A DNA stretch of 64,000 nt. Origin: an uncultured virus (IMG/VR IMGVR_UViG_3300049043_000106) (taxonomy: Duplodnaviria > Heunggongvirae > Uroviricota > Caudoviricetes). Positions within the stretch are counted from its first letter, which is position 1. The number at the start of each line of letters is the position of its first letter. Below, one piece after another: positions 1-11,772 of the stretch. The position numbers were made by a program, and so were the translations under genes. The notes below the pieces were generated by a model. That model was not told where the DNA came from and made no database searches. It was given only the letters and a program-made list of their open reading frames with translations. The stretch lies in IMG/VR virus record IMGVR_UViG_3300049043_000106. One strand, given 5' to 3'.

Positions 1-31
1 ACTACCCGTTGAGGTTGGTATTGCTCATAAG

Positions 32-2656
32 GTGCTTTTGGACTCGGGGGCTTCTTGCAACTTTGTGAGTTTGAGATTCCTCGAGAGATCGGGATTGCTA
101 CATAAGTTGAAACCAAGTATGGACGTGGTTACTCTTGCGGATGAGTCTCCATTGAAGGTCCATGGACAACTTAAGCTCCCACTCTCCATGGGCAAGTACA
201 CCGGTATAGTGCCGTGTCTAGCCGCGGAGATTGAACAAGACGTGATCCTCGGTGATCTATGGCTTGCGGCTAATAGAGCCTACATGGACTATGGGACAAA
301 GACGTGTGTGTTGCGTAAGGGCAACAAGAGGATAGTGTTGAAACCACCCACCCTCGCCCTCAACAACATAGATGTTGTTCCATATGAGGCCCAATCCCCT
401 TGCTCGGACAAGGTGGGGAGGAAGATCTTGACCGCGGTGTCAACGATGAGGTCCCTTAAGAAGAGTGGTACTCTTTGGGGATGGATCTTGGTGAGTAAGG
501 AGGGTAAGGTGCAAACGCTTGCGGGCTTTGGGTCCAAGAAGGCGGATCTTGACACCTACCTTGATACTCTTGAGGATGATAGATTGGCCAAGCTTCTCTC
601 TCGGTTCAAAAAGCCTTTGGGTCCTATACCTAAGGAGATTCCCAAGGACCGTGGAGTGTCGCACGTCATTCCTCTTGAGCAAGGTACTACCCCACCCTTT
701 AGGCATATGCTTAGACTCACTAAGGAGGAACGGGAGGAATTGGAGACTATGATAGCCGAGCTTCTTGAGAGGGGGTGGATTGAACCATCTACTAGCCCCT
801 ATGGAGCTCCAATCCTCTTTGTGAGGAAGAAGACGGGGGAGTTGCGCCTATGTATTGACTATAGGGCACTCAACAAGATCACGGTGAAGAATCGTTATCC
901 TTTGCCAAGGATAGACGACCTCCTTGACTCCCTCGGTGGAGCTAGGTACTTCTCCTCTTTGGATCTTGCCTCGGGCTATCACCAAATCAAGATTTCCCCG
1001 GAGGATGTCCCTAAGACGGCGTTTAGGACGCCTATGGGTCATTACCAATGGAGAGTTTTGTCTATGGGATTGACAAACGCTCCTTCGACCTTCCAACAAT
1101 TGATGAATCAATATTTTGCCCATGTGATTGGTAAGTTTGTGGTCATCTATATTGATGACATCCTCATCTACTCTCGGAGTAAGGAGGAACACTACCAACA
1201 TATTGAGCAAGTGTTGGAGATTTTGGACCGCGAGGATCTATATTGCAAGATCTCTAAGTGTGAGTTCTTCAAGGAAAAGATCAACTTTGTGGGGCATGTG
1301 GTGTCAAAGGATGGCATCTATGCGGATCCCACTAAGCTTGCGGTGGTGGCAAAGTGGAAATCTCCTAAGGATCCCCAAGAGTTGAGGTCCTTTTTGGGGT
1401 TTGCCAACTATTTCCGGAGGTTTGTACTCGGTTACTCCTCCATCACGGCTTCTCTTACGGAGTTGCTTAAGTTGAAGAAGTGGGATTCCACTACGTGGAA
1501 GGACGCCCATCAACGTGACTTTGATAGACTCAAGGTTGCATTGACTTCAACACCGGTTCTAGGGCATTTTGATCCAAACAAGCCCCTTGAACTCATTTGT
1601 GATGCCTCTAAGGTTGCACTCGGTGCGGTCCTTATGCAAGATGGACACCCAATTGCGTATGAGTCACGGAAGTTGAATCCCGCGGAAACAAGGTATAGTA
1701 CGGGGGATCGTGAGCTCTTGGCGGTGATCCATTGTTTGAAGGTGTGGAGGTGTTATCTAGAGGGTACTTTGTTTACTCTTGTGACGGATCACCAACCCAA
1801 CACCCACCTTAGGAGCATTGAGACTTGGACCGATAGGCATGCTCGATGGTCGGAGCGCCTTGAGAGATTCTCTTATCGGTGGGAGTATCGGGAGGGACGC
1901 TTGAATGTGGCGGACCCTTTGTCTCGGCTTCCATATGAGCTCAATGTTGTGACGAGAGGGCAAAGGGATCCTTCGCGGAGGGTGAACTATGCACCTAGTG
2001 GTCACAAACGGGTGAGATTGGACCCAACTCCTTCTAGTGAAGAGTTACCACCCGGAGATTGTGATGGGGATCTTGAGGACCCTACCACTAGAGGGGATTC
2101 GGAGGTGGTGGTTGAAGAGGAATTCGACCCACCAATGATACCTTCAAAGTGGGGAGGTAGAGACCCTAATGATGCCTTATGTGAGGATCCCACTCACGAG
2201 GGTAGATCCTTCCTCACACGAGACGAGATTGTCGCGTCTTACGGAGGGGAGGAGTGGTTAAAGGAACTTGCTCAACACAAGTACACCTTGAAACCTACCG
2301 GTTTGTACTACCATGAGGACAAGGTAGTAATCCCTAGTGGACCTAGTGCTAAGGCACTAAGAGACAAGGTCATAAGGGAACACCATGACACGTACTTTGC
2401 GGGTCATATTGGATTTGAAAGCACCAAGGCTTCAATCCGAAGAGGGTTCTTTTGGCAAAGACTCTCAAGGGACGTAGCGGACTATTGTTCGAAGTGCTTA
2501 GGTTGTCAAAAGCACAAGGGATCTCGAACAAAGCCCTATGGACCCCTCAAACCTATAGATCCCCCTAAAGGTGTTTGGGAGGCCATTACTATGGACTTCA
2601 TCACCGACCTACCTTTGAGTCAAGGGTATGATGGGATTCGCGGTTTTTGTGGATAG
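32..2656 (+). CDS. pol: Pol polyprotein of element A (aspartic protease, RT, RNase H, integrase Zn finger)
   Basis: LLDSGAS protease; [11 protein letters not shown] and YIDDILIYS RT; CDAS..LGAVL and TDHQP RNase H; HH..AGH...C..CQ integrase N-terminus. 874 codons are open; the ORF is 5'-incomplete. Confidence 0.95.
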   Translation: MLLDSGASCNFVSLRFLERSGLLHKLKPSMDVVTLADESPLKVHGQLKLPLSMGKYTGIVPCLAAEIEQDVILGDLWLAANRAYMDYGTKTCVLRKGNKRIVLKPPTLALNNIDVVPYEAQSPCSDKVGRKILTAVSTMRSLKKSGTLWGWILVSKEGKVQTLAGFGSKKADLDTYLDTLEDDRLAKLLSRFKKPLGPIPKEIPKDRGVSHVIPLEQGTTPPFRHMLRLTKEEREELETMIAELLERGWIEPSTSPYGAPILFVRKKTGELRLCIDYRALNKITVKNRYPLPRIDDLLDSLGGARYFSSLDLASGYHQIKISPEDVPKTAFRTPMGHYQWRVLSMGLTNAPSTFQQLMNQYFAHVIGKFVVIYIDDILIYSRSKEEHYQHIEQVLEILDREDLYCKISKCEFFKEKINFVGHVVSKDGIYADPTKLAVVAKWKSPKDPQELRSFLGFANYFRRFVLGYSSITASLTELLKLKKWDSTTWKDAHQRDFDRLKVALTSTPVLGHFDPNKPLELICDASKVALGAVLMQDGHPIAYESRKLNPAETRYSTGDRELLAVIHCLKVWRCYLEGTLFTLVTDHQPNTHLRSIETWTDRHARWSERLERFSYRWEYREGRLNVADPLSRLPYELNVVTRGQRDPSRRVNYAPSGHKRVRLDPTPSSEELPPGDCDGDLEDPTTRGDSEVVVEEEFDPPMIPSKWGGRDPNDALCEDPTHEGRSFLTRDEIVASYGGEEWLKELAQHKYTLKPTGLYYHEDKVVIPSGPSAKALRDKVIREHHDTYFAGHIGFESTKASIRRGFFWQRLSRDVADYCSKCLGCQKHKGSRTKPYGPLKPIDPPKGVWEAITMDFITDLPLSQGYDGIRGFCG

Positions 2657-3314
2657 ATTGTCCAAAATGGTTCACTTGAGCCCGGTCAATCTAACGGGTT
2701 TAACCGCCTTGGAGTTGTCAAAGGTCTTTATGAGAGAGATCTTTAGGCACCATGGGGTACCCAAGAGGATTGTGTCCGATCGTGATGTGAGGATGACATC
2801 CACATTTTGGAAGCAAGTGGTGGAATCTCTAGGGTCCAAGTGTGACTTTAGTACCGCGTTTCACCCTCGCACGGACGGTCTTACGGAGAGGACCAACCGT
2901 ACGATTGAGGAGATTGTGAGGCAATTCATCTCGCCCACAATGCTTAATTGGCCCGATTTGCTCCCTTGTGTGGAGTTCGCCTTGAATGATCGAGTCCATG
3001 AGGTTACCAAGATGACTCCCTTCTTTATGATGTATGGCTATCATCCGAGCAAACCGGTTGACATTGCCACATCTAGGGATCTTGAGGGTAAGAAGACCTC
3101 AGATGAGATTCAAGCGGCGTGGAAGAGGGCTAGAGAGCTTATTGAGGAGGCTTCTCGGAAAGCCAAAGCTCGTTTTGACTCCCATGTGAAGGAGATTCCT
3201 TTTGTGGAGGGAGATCTTGTGTGGCTCTCCTCAAGGAACTTCAAGTGGAGGTATGGGACCAAGAAATTTTGTCCAAAGTGGCTAGGCCCTTTCAAGATTA
3301 TTGGTGGGGTGTAA
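2628..3314 (+). CDS. pol: Integrase catalytic core of element A (frameshifted continuation of pol)
   Basis: VDRLSKMVH, IVSDRD, STAFHPRTDGLTER, KWLGPFKI motifs. Confidence 0.93.
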   Translation: MMGFAVFVDRLSKMVHLSPVNLTGLTALELSKVFMREIFRHHGVPKRIVSDRDVRMTSTFWKQVVESLGSKCDFSTAFHPRTDGLTERTNRTIEEIVRQFISPTMLNWPDLLPCVEFALNDRVHEVTKMTPFFMMYGYHPSKPVDIATSRDLEGKKTSDEIQAAWKRARELIEEASRKAKARFDSHVKEIPFVEGDLVWLSSRNFKWRYGTKKFCPKWLGPFKIIGGV

Positions 3315-3568
3315 CAGGAACCGCCCAGGTTTTGGCTCATAGGTGAGACGCTCTTTGAAGCTCTAGAAAGCACCCAAAAGTAATGTGAACATGCATATAT
3401 GATGTTCATATGAAAGCTGTACTGATTAGGAGTTTCCATTGAATCCATCCAATATGAATTCCATAGAGATTTAGACATTGTTATGGCTCATTTTCTAATG
3501 ACATGTACTGAGATTCTAAATGGCCCAAAATGAGGCCAAACTTGGCGCTTAGTTACGTGCTACACCCC
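3306..3568. mobile_element. MITE-like insertion (~263 bp) in the integrase of element A
   Basis: Imperfect TIRs GGGGTGTAACA / TGCTACACCCC; AT-rich non-coding core. Removal restores ATT ATT GGT GCC ATA GGG (IIGAIG). The 3-bp flanks GGT/TGT are an imperfect TSD. Confidence 0.65.
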
Positions 3569-3631
3569 TGTGCCATAGGGAGCTTCAAGTTGAAGTATCC
3601 GTAATGGAAGGTGCACAACGTGTTTCATGCA

Positions 3632-4273
3632 TACTTGATGGCTACTTCTCACTCCTATCATCCCCTTCTTGTGGCTACATTGTGGACCTCACCGGGAAGC
3701 TAGGCACCCGTGAGGAGGATCTCGAATCCCTCTTTTGGCTATGAGACTCTAGGGTTTTATCCGTTGGCTTCGAAACCCCTTCCATTGGATCGGGCTCGTC
3801 GAGAGCATGCGATTTGACCCCCTATTTGTCTCAAGGGGATTCCTAGATCATGAGATACCCTCCTTTGAGGCTAAGGGATCTCTCTTGTGGAAATCTAGCT
3901 CGACGGGTCATCGCCGCGACGTCGCGACGAAGGTACCATGTCGACGACCAAGGACTCCTTGTATGAGCGACCTAGAGGGGGCAATATCTAGGTTGTCATG
4001 ATTACATGTGAGGATACAATGCTACACTACATAAGGACTAAGGCTTGTGGCTTTTGGGACTTCTTGGTTAGCTTGATCTTGGATCTAAGTCTCTCGGAGA
4101 CTTCCTTACAAACGGTGCTTATGAGCTCCCCCTTTGCTTACTTGAGAGCGTGAAGCCATTGTAAGATTGTAAGAGTGGTCATAACTCAATTGAGGCTATC
4201 GGCTATGAGGCTTGTGTGAGGCTTTTGGAACTATATGTTGAGTGTACCGCAACCAAGTGTGGGACGCCTAACA
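3632..4273 (+). repeat. 5' LTR of A' (first 13 nt missing)
   Basis: Matches 10528-11170; ends ...GCCTAACA; followed by TATTTGGCGGGGTCAAC (PBS-like). Confidence 0.93.
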
Positions 4274-7200
4274 TATTTGGCGGGGTCAACAAAGGTCTAT
4301 ATGAACCACCGAAGATCTTGGCCCAAGTATGTTGGCTTTAGGAAGCCGTGACATATTTGATGGGGTCAACAAGCGGACTTGTGAACCGCTATCAAGATTG
4401 AGGATTCAAGTGACGCATATTTGCGGGGTCAAACCAAGTTGAAGATTTAAGTACCAAGTACCAAGATTTCCAAGGGGAAGGAGTGAACGCGGTTCATTTT
4501 CTTCTTTGAAGCTTGAGATATCTTTGGTGAGCAAAGAGTGTGCTAGGCACATGCCCTCGGTGGTAAACCTATTGGTTCTCTTTGAGGATTGTGTGTTTCA
4601 CATAATCTAGGGATTGCTACTCGGTACAATCTCTCTCTTGGGACTTAATCTAAGACAAGGGATAAGATTGTGAGAGTCTTCACTATCAAGTTGACGAGGG
4701 GACAAGTGAACTCGGTTTGCTTGGTCTTTGAAGCTTGTCAAACTTTGGAGTGAGAGCCATAGTGGCAAGGACTCGCTTACGGTTTTTGTAACCGGCAATC
4801 TATGAATCTAAGGACAAAGATTTCCGAGGGGAGAAGTGAACGCGGTTCATTTTTCTTTGAAGCTTGGAAAATCTTGAATGGAAGAGTGTGGAAACATGCC
4901 CTAGTGGGTACACCCTTGTGAGGTGCTCTTCTAGATTCTACAAGGTGGAATCTCTTCCTTAGAATCCCGACAAGAAGTTTTCTACTCGGTAGAACTCTTC
5001 CAATTGACCTACCAAGTTGCTTGGAAAGCAATAGTGCGGATGGGAAGCTTGTGGACTTGAGATCATCAAGGAGGAAGGCGAGCTCGGCTCACACCTTACC
5101 TTTGAAGCTTGAGATCTTATAGAAAAGGGGTGTTCTTACACCATACCCATGGGTGGTACCTTTTCAACTTTAGAGATTTCTACTTGGTAGAAACTCTTAA
5201 CCCATCTTGAAGGCACAACAATTGCAAGTGGCATATGGAGCCAACAAAAGCTAAAGCCGAATGACCAAATCCAAGATTGAAGCTAGGAATCTCCGAGGAA
5301 GAGGGTATGACTCTCTTTTGAAGCTTGGATGATTTCAGACAAGGGAAGATTATGCCAAGTGTGTACTTGAGGAGTGCACTTACTTGTGATAATTTCTCTT
5401 CACCAACCTTTAGTAAGGTTAGTCCCGCATCTAAGAATCTTCAAAGGGGGAGGGGCAAATTTTGCTCTAAGTTTGAAGAATTCGAGTGGCGGCGAGAGAG
5501 GAAGGCACGGGTTTACCTTCGAGTGAAGTACCCCGGATAAGGCCACTTTGTGTCTATTAAAGACATAACCTCTAGATTCTTGCTCGGTTGAGAATCTTTA
5601 TTGTGAACCATGGCATTGAAACGCCTAAACATCTTTTGGCAAGTGTTCATTGATGAGGATGAGTTGCTTATCTACTCTCGGAGTAAGGGCGGCTTTGTAC
5701 TCACATGGACAATTACATGTGGTAACGGGATCTCCATAGAGGAGTACCCTAGGTGCCCTTGTAATAAGGAAAACAAAAGGAGGACTAGAGTGAATCGGTA
5801 CTCCGAAGGAAGGACACCCAAGGTCCTTAAAAGACTCCCATCCTTCTCCGTGATCAAATTGCGTAAAGCAAGAGAGATTCACTAAGGAGATTGAGAGCAA
5901 ACTTGGAGTGAGACTCCAAAACCCGGTTGATCTTTAGGAAGATCATACCACACCATCTGACTTGAACCTTTAGGAAGGTTGAGTCTATGTGAATGGTGGA
6001 AACAAGAGGAAAGGTATTGGAGATTTAGGAATCTTCAATTGAAGACCGGACCTCAAAAGGCCCAACACTAACTACTATCTCGACTTTGATGAGTAAGGGT
6101 TGTGAGTATGAAGCAACTTGAGGTGATGCTCATTGTTGCACGAAAGCAATCTTACCTTGCTCCCATAGTCAAATGATGTAGTGTGATCCTTGGATCAAAA
6201 AGGGCACATAGAACATTTTGGAAGAGTGAAGCCTCGGTGCACACTCTATTGTGGAACACAAGCTTGGCTTGTGCTTTTGAACCTTGTGGACCATAAACTT
6301 ACACCTAGGAAGCGAAGGGTGTTAAGTACCTTTGTGTGGAGCGCGAGGCGTTAATCAAAGGTGAGGAGGGTTAAAATTGCTTGCACTTTGGCTAGTGGGG
6401 AGGAAACTTTGTGAAAGTATGCCACCTAGCTTGTGTGATTCAAGTGATTGCCCTTGAAAAGTGACATACCCTCGTGAGGTATGCTAGGAATTGCTTGTGA
6501 AGTATGTCCTCGTGAGGCATACCTTGTGTGAGAGGAGGGTGGAGATTTCAATCTTCCCCGTGGAGCAATTTGTCTCGGACAATCTCCCCTCATTATGGGT
6601 TTCTCTAGTGAGAACACCTTCTTTTGGACCACCTTCCATAGCTCGGCTATGAAAGATGTTGAGTGTCAACACAAGTAGGGTGAGATTGAGAATCTACCCA
6701 AGGGTACGGTTGCAAAGTGCAACACCACTTGTGCACTCGAAGGGTAGATTTGATAATCTTCCCGAGGGGAACGGTTGTCAAAGGACAACACCCTCAAACT
6801 AGATCTTCAAGGAGATCAACTATCTTTTGGAAACCTCTGAGGTAACTGGTTCACTTTGAGGAGTAAAGGGCAAAGATCTTGAGAGATCTCCCACGAGGAA
6901 TCTACAAGGTAGAGAGTCTAGACCACCTCGTGGTGAGACGTCTAAGTGACTCCAGTGATTGAAGATCTTGTGTTTGGGAAGTTTTCATGGTAAGGGGGCT
7001 AACCCTTGACCCATAAAACGTTTGTGACCTTCAAAAGGATAGGCTATTGAGGTGATGCTCAAACCTTTCCCCTATGGAGACCTCACATACACCCAAAACC
7101 AATCCTTTTGCGTTGCAATTGGAAATCAAAGATCTTAGGCTTGAGTAAGAAGGCATTGAGCCTTCGGCCTACATTGTGTGGTAACAAGTGGTACCATTTT

Positions 7201-9335
7201 GGAAATGGACCCTTGGCTTGGCACAAGGTGGGGAGGAGATCTCAAAGATCCCCGTGATAATCCACTTGTTGTCAACCATACCAAGTGTGGACAATGGGCT
7301 AAGGCGGGAGGAGATTGAATCTTCTTTCAAAATGCCTTATGCCTTGATTCTTTGAGAAAGAATCAATATGGACTCCATGAGTGTGGAGGATTGTGAAATC
7401 TTGTGGAAACTCTTTTGGCCTTGACTAGATTGATGAGAGTACCAAACGAATGGGCCCTTCTTCGTTGCGAAATCTCAATGGTCATGGTGGACAACTCTCT
7501 TAGTGGGAGGAAGTTGCTTCCCCCTCTTGGTCAAAGAGAGATTTGGACAACTTAAGGGTGGCAACCCTTATGAGGGATGGACATGTGTCCGTCTACACCT
7601 TGTGGAACCTATACCCCCACCAATAGAGCGCGGCTCTAGGTGTAAGATCTTGAAGTGTGGACCTCTTAGTGAGGATTCCCGACCACCCTTCTACAAGATC
7701 TATTGTGGAATAGAGAACTTTGGCCCGGACATATGCCTTTGGCAATTTGAGGGAGAGGACACACTCGTGGATCCCATATGAGTCTTGGACTTGTGAGGAG
7801 TAGAGTGGTGTGCCTAACACAAATGATGGGACAAGCTTTTGCTTGTGTGGGACATGGAAGAGTAGTTTGTAGGGAGAAATCCCCGCTCTTTCCAAGAAGG
7901 ACAAGTTGATGGTGTGTCCAACACCTATAGTACTTCGTACCTTTGCTTGCAACTCTAGAGTGCAAGTTTGTGGCGCCTTAAGTCAATAGATCCCAAGGAT
8001 GCCCCTAGGCACTAATCCCGAGGGTGAGACTATGAAGGTGGTGAGAATGGTAAGATTCAAGGAATCTCTACCAAGGTGTACCATTGTGTTTGCACACTCG
8101 GTGTGTGAATTCCTTCTCGGCAAAACTCCCGGGGATGGATGTTGTGTGTAGAGTAACTTGTGAGGAAGTTGCTCAACGGAAGTCTCGGAGTTGCCCGGCA
8201 CCAATCTTAGACCTAGGGGTCTTTGTGAGGGATTACCTTCACTCGTGCTTGACATGCACTTGTGTATGAAGAGAAGGGTACACTTGTGGCCTACACACAC
8301 GCGTCAATCTCATTGAGTTGGAAAGTGAGTGTCACGCCAACGCTTGAACGGTTAAGAGTCCTTAGATTGAGTCAAGGATCTTACCGGAGTATGGTAATCC
8401 CACACCATATGCTAGGACGTGAGCTTACCCAATCGAGCTAACGGACAAGTGGAGCAAAGAGTAGCCAATCTCTTTGTACCGGCATGAAGTGGACACCTTA
8501 CCAATGTCCATGGGATTGTTCGGTCCCGGGTGACGCAAGGGAGTTGTGAATCCCCGAGCGCCTTCTCTATCAAGACCTATGGAAGATCTTAAGGTGAGTG
8601 GGAGGTACATAATGTTTTGAGCATGGGTATGTGGCATGAACGGACGCTAGTGCGATGACCGGGTGGCCAAGTCTACGGACTTGAGCGCGCGGTCATCATG
8701 GAAGCATTCGTTTTGGCACGGTCTCAAATCCCCACTCGTACCTAACTTGATAGGCTAGAGCGTAAGTTACGACTTAAGTGTGTAGTTAGCGCTCATTTGG
8801 CATAAATATTGATAACTGCCATTAAGGTGGTAGCTATCAATGTTTATTTTATGGGTTGAGCTCGATTCCCGCTCATCTCATAATTGGCAATCTTAAGGAT
8901 TGTGGGTATACATGTTCATTTTGCATGACTTTTGGCAAGAGTGATGGACATGTGGGCATAGGGCTCTTCGTCATCCGTGGTGTCACACGAACGCAATGGA
9001 TGAGGAAGAACCATACCATAGTGCAACACTTTTTGTGTGGTAATCTTTGTAGATTGTAGATTGGAGTATATAAGTGCAATGCATTGCATCCATGTCGTGG
9101 TGCACCTTGTTACAAAGCATTAGAGGCCTACGGGCGTCGAAGCTTTGTAAGCCTGGTGTATCGCTGCATTTTGGCACGGGCTCAAATCCCGTTATGTCCC
9201 TAACATGACTTTGAGTTTTTGGTAGCGCTCAAGGTAAGTGAATAGGACATTTGAGTAGTTTGCAAGAGGTTATGGTCTCAAATCTCATTGGAGTCATGTT
9301 CATTTTGTTTGCATGACTTGGTTGTCCATGTCTTT

Positions 9336-10467
9336 GTGGGAGATTGGTCCCCACTTGACAATTGGTATGGGAGATTGGTCCCCACTACCATTATGTTGAT
9401 GAGAGATTGAACCCTCATCTTACACTATGTGGAGATTGTGTCCCACATATTGGCACTTTGGAATTATGTGTGGAGTTGGGGTCCCACATATAATTGATTT
9501 TGGCACATGGAGATTGTTCTCTTGTGTATGTATGGAGATTGTGTCCCATACACTCTTTGTGGAGTAGGAGATTGATCCCTACTTATAATCCTTAGTGGAG
9601 ATTGTTTCCCACTTGGATATTTTGGCCTTGCATGTGGATTATGCATACCACATGGAGAGGTATATGTAAGTGTGTCTTGTGACATGCTTATATTCTTTTG
9701 GATACATGAGTTTACACTTGTGTATATTTGCTTGTGGATAGTGGAGATTGATCCCACTATGATAATCTATGTATGGAGATTGGTCCCATCATAGATCCTT
9801 GTGGCTTATAAGCATGTGTCTTATAAGAGGAGTTGGTTGTGTTAAAGGATTTGTTCGGTCCCGGGTGACACACCACTCTATGAGATTAAAGGTCTTGAGA
9901 AGATCTTAAGTGGAGATTGATTCCCACTTGATTTTGGCTTATGGCTCTAAGGTGAGTGAGACTACTTAAAGTTGTGTGTACATAGTATGCACACATCTTA
10001 TAGCCAAATCTTATTGCCGTAAGGTTTGGATATAAGATGTATTGCCTCATTTTGTGGCTCGGTCTCAAATCCCGTGATAGACCTAAAGTGACTTGTCATT
10101 TTTGCTAGCGCTCACATGGTTTGATTATAGATTTTGACTTGTTTTGGAAAGGTCTTAGTCTCAACTCTCATTGTTTCATTTCATTTTGTGTGAATGTGGC
10201 TCGTGGAGCTTAAGATCTTGTGAGATCTTTGGTGAGAGATTGATTCCTCACACTTGTCAATCTGAAGTGGAGATTGGCCCCACTATTGACACCACTTTGG
10301 CTTATGCCTTATTGTGGCTTTTGAACCATTTTGGCTTGTGATTCTTGCTTATGGCTTGTGGACAATTTTGGCTTGTGGCTTGTGGAAATCTCGTGGAGAT
10401 TTTGGTAGATTATGTACACTACCATATTTTGGACCTAAGTTAGAGCTTGTGGAGATTGGTCCCACAA
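9336..10467 (+). repeat. Array of ~14 stem-loops with conserved AGATTG loop in the 3' UTR of A'
   Basis: Examples: GTGGG-AGATTGGTC-CCCAC, GATGAG-AGATTGAACC-CTCATC, AGTAGG-AGATTGATC-CCTACT, ATAGTGG-AGATTGATC-CCACTAT. Confidence 0.8.
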
Positions 10468-10500
10468 CTCTAAGAGGTTTTCCGGGACGAAAACCCACTT

Positions 10501-10513
10501 AGGTGGGGAGGAG
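10501..10513 (+). other. Polypurine tract of A'
   Basis: AGGTGGGGAGGAG immediately before the TGTTAC LTR start. Confidence 0.85.
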
Positions 10514-10514
10514 T

Positions 10515-11170
10515 TGTTACACGTGGCTACTTGATGGCTACTTCTCACTCCTATCATCCCCTTCTTGTGGCTACATTGTGGACCTCACCGGGAAGCTAGG
10601 CACCCGTGAGGAGGATCTCGAATCCCTCTTTTGGCTATGAGACTCTAGGGTTTAATCCGTTGGCTTCGAAACCCCTTCCATTGGATCGGGCTCGTCGAGA
10701 GCATGCGATTTGACCCCCTATTTGTCTCAAGGGGATTCCTAGATCATGAGATACCCTCCTTTGAGGCTAAGGGATCTCTCTGTGGAAATCTAGCTCGACG
10801 GGTCATCGCCGCGACGTCGCGACGAAGGTACCATGTCGACGACCAAGGACTCCTTGTATGAGCGACCTAGAGGGGGCAATATCTAGGTTGTCATGATTAC
10901 ATGTGAGGTGACAATGCTACACTACATAAGGACCAAGGCTTGTGGCTTTTGGGACTTCTTGGCTTAGCTTGATCTTGGATCTAAGTCTCTCGGAGACTTC
11001 CCTTACAAACGGTGCTTATGAGCTCCCCCTTTGCTTACTTGAGAGCGTGAAGCCATTGTAAGATTGTAAGAGTGGTCATAACTCAATTGAGGCTATCGGC
11101 TATGAGGCTTGTGTGAGGCTTTTGGAACTATATGTTGAGTGTACCGCAACCAAGTGTGGGACGCCTAACA
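10515..11170 (+). repeat. 3' LTR of A'
   Basis: TGTTA...TAACA termini; direct repeat of 3632-4273. Confidence 0.95.
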
Positions 11171-11510
11171 TCTGCGCGTCAGCCAACAACGCCAAGGTGC
11201 CCCGGTTCTTCACTAGAGCAAACTCTTGTCTTGCCCATGACTTGAGTGGTGAAACCATTTGGTGTGTCACCTCACCCTGGAAGCTCATTTGGCCCCGTCC
11301 TAGAGCATTATTGAAGTGTAAGGCTCTAGCTCAGAGACCACATCTCCGGTGTTTGTGTTACCTGGATCTGGTGCGGCTGGGTTGACAAGGTTGCTGGTAT
11401 GCACCTTGTTCGCTCATACCCAACTTTAATTCCAGTTGTTCCATTGACTCAGAGGGTAATCGCTACTCTATTGGCCCCACCCCTAGCCAGTCAATGTGTA
11501 CTTGGACCCT
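11171..11510 (+). pseudogene. Degenerate Dam-like DNA amino-methyltransferase domain of element C
   Basis: ASANNAKVPRFFTRANSCLAHDLSGETIWC..PWKLI, then after frame changes PVLEHY..KCKALA..VFVLP..GMHLVRSYP..PVNVYLDP. Collinear with the domains in E and D; catalytic tetrapeptide not intact. Confidence 0.65.
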
Positions 11511-11772
11511 CGCGAGGGACACCCGGTTAGTCAAGCCAACCCTTGGATGCATCCCCAGCAAAGACCCTGGGATAATCAGAAACCTAAGGTCCTTAGAGAT
11601 GGCTCGTAAATGCCATGCTCTGGTGGAAGAGGACTTGGAGTGGAAGGTCCCCACAGATCACCCCATAGCTCGGTCTATTCAGCTATGCATGGCAAGTGTC
11701 TCGCGCAAAACTCTGTGTGGTGTTCCCCCCTACGTTCTGTAATGGGAGGTTGATGGATTTCCTGCCCGCCTA

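Larger units (their letters stand above)
1..3631 (+). mobile_element. Ty3/Gypsy LTR retrotransposon A, partial (5' part outside window; 3' end lost after integrase)
   Basis: Domain order is PR-RT-RNaseH-INT. The integrase C-terminal residues SFKLKYP*WKVHNVFHA resume at ~3580-3631 after a small insertion. Confidence 0.95.
3632..11170 (+). mobile_element. Non-autonomous (LARD-like) LTR retroelement A'
   Basis: Two near-identical ~650-bp LTRs; PPT before the 3' LTR; 6.2-kb interior without long ORFs but with decayed RT-like residues (VFIDEDELLIYSRSK at ~5645-5690). Confidence 0.85.

Noticed and set aside
2628..2656. Programmed ribosomal frameshifts at ORF breaks in A, C, D and E
   Set aside because: The breaks fall inside conserved domains at different places in each element, so mutation or sequencing indels are more likely.
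3310..3557. Solo LTR (TGTAAC...GTTAC)
   Set aside because: There is no 4-6-bp TSD or CA end; longer GGGG/CCCC inverted termini fit the restored integrase frame better.
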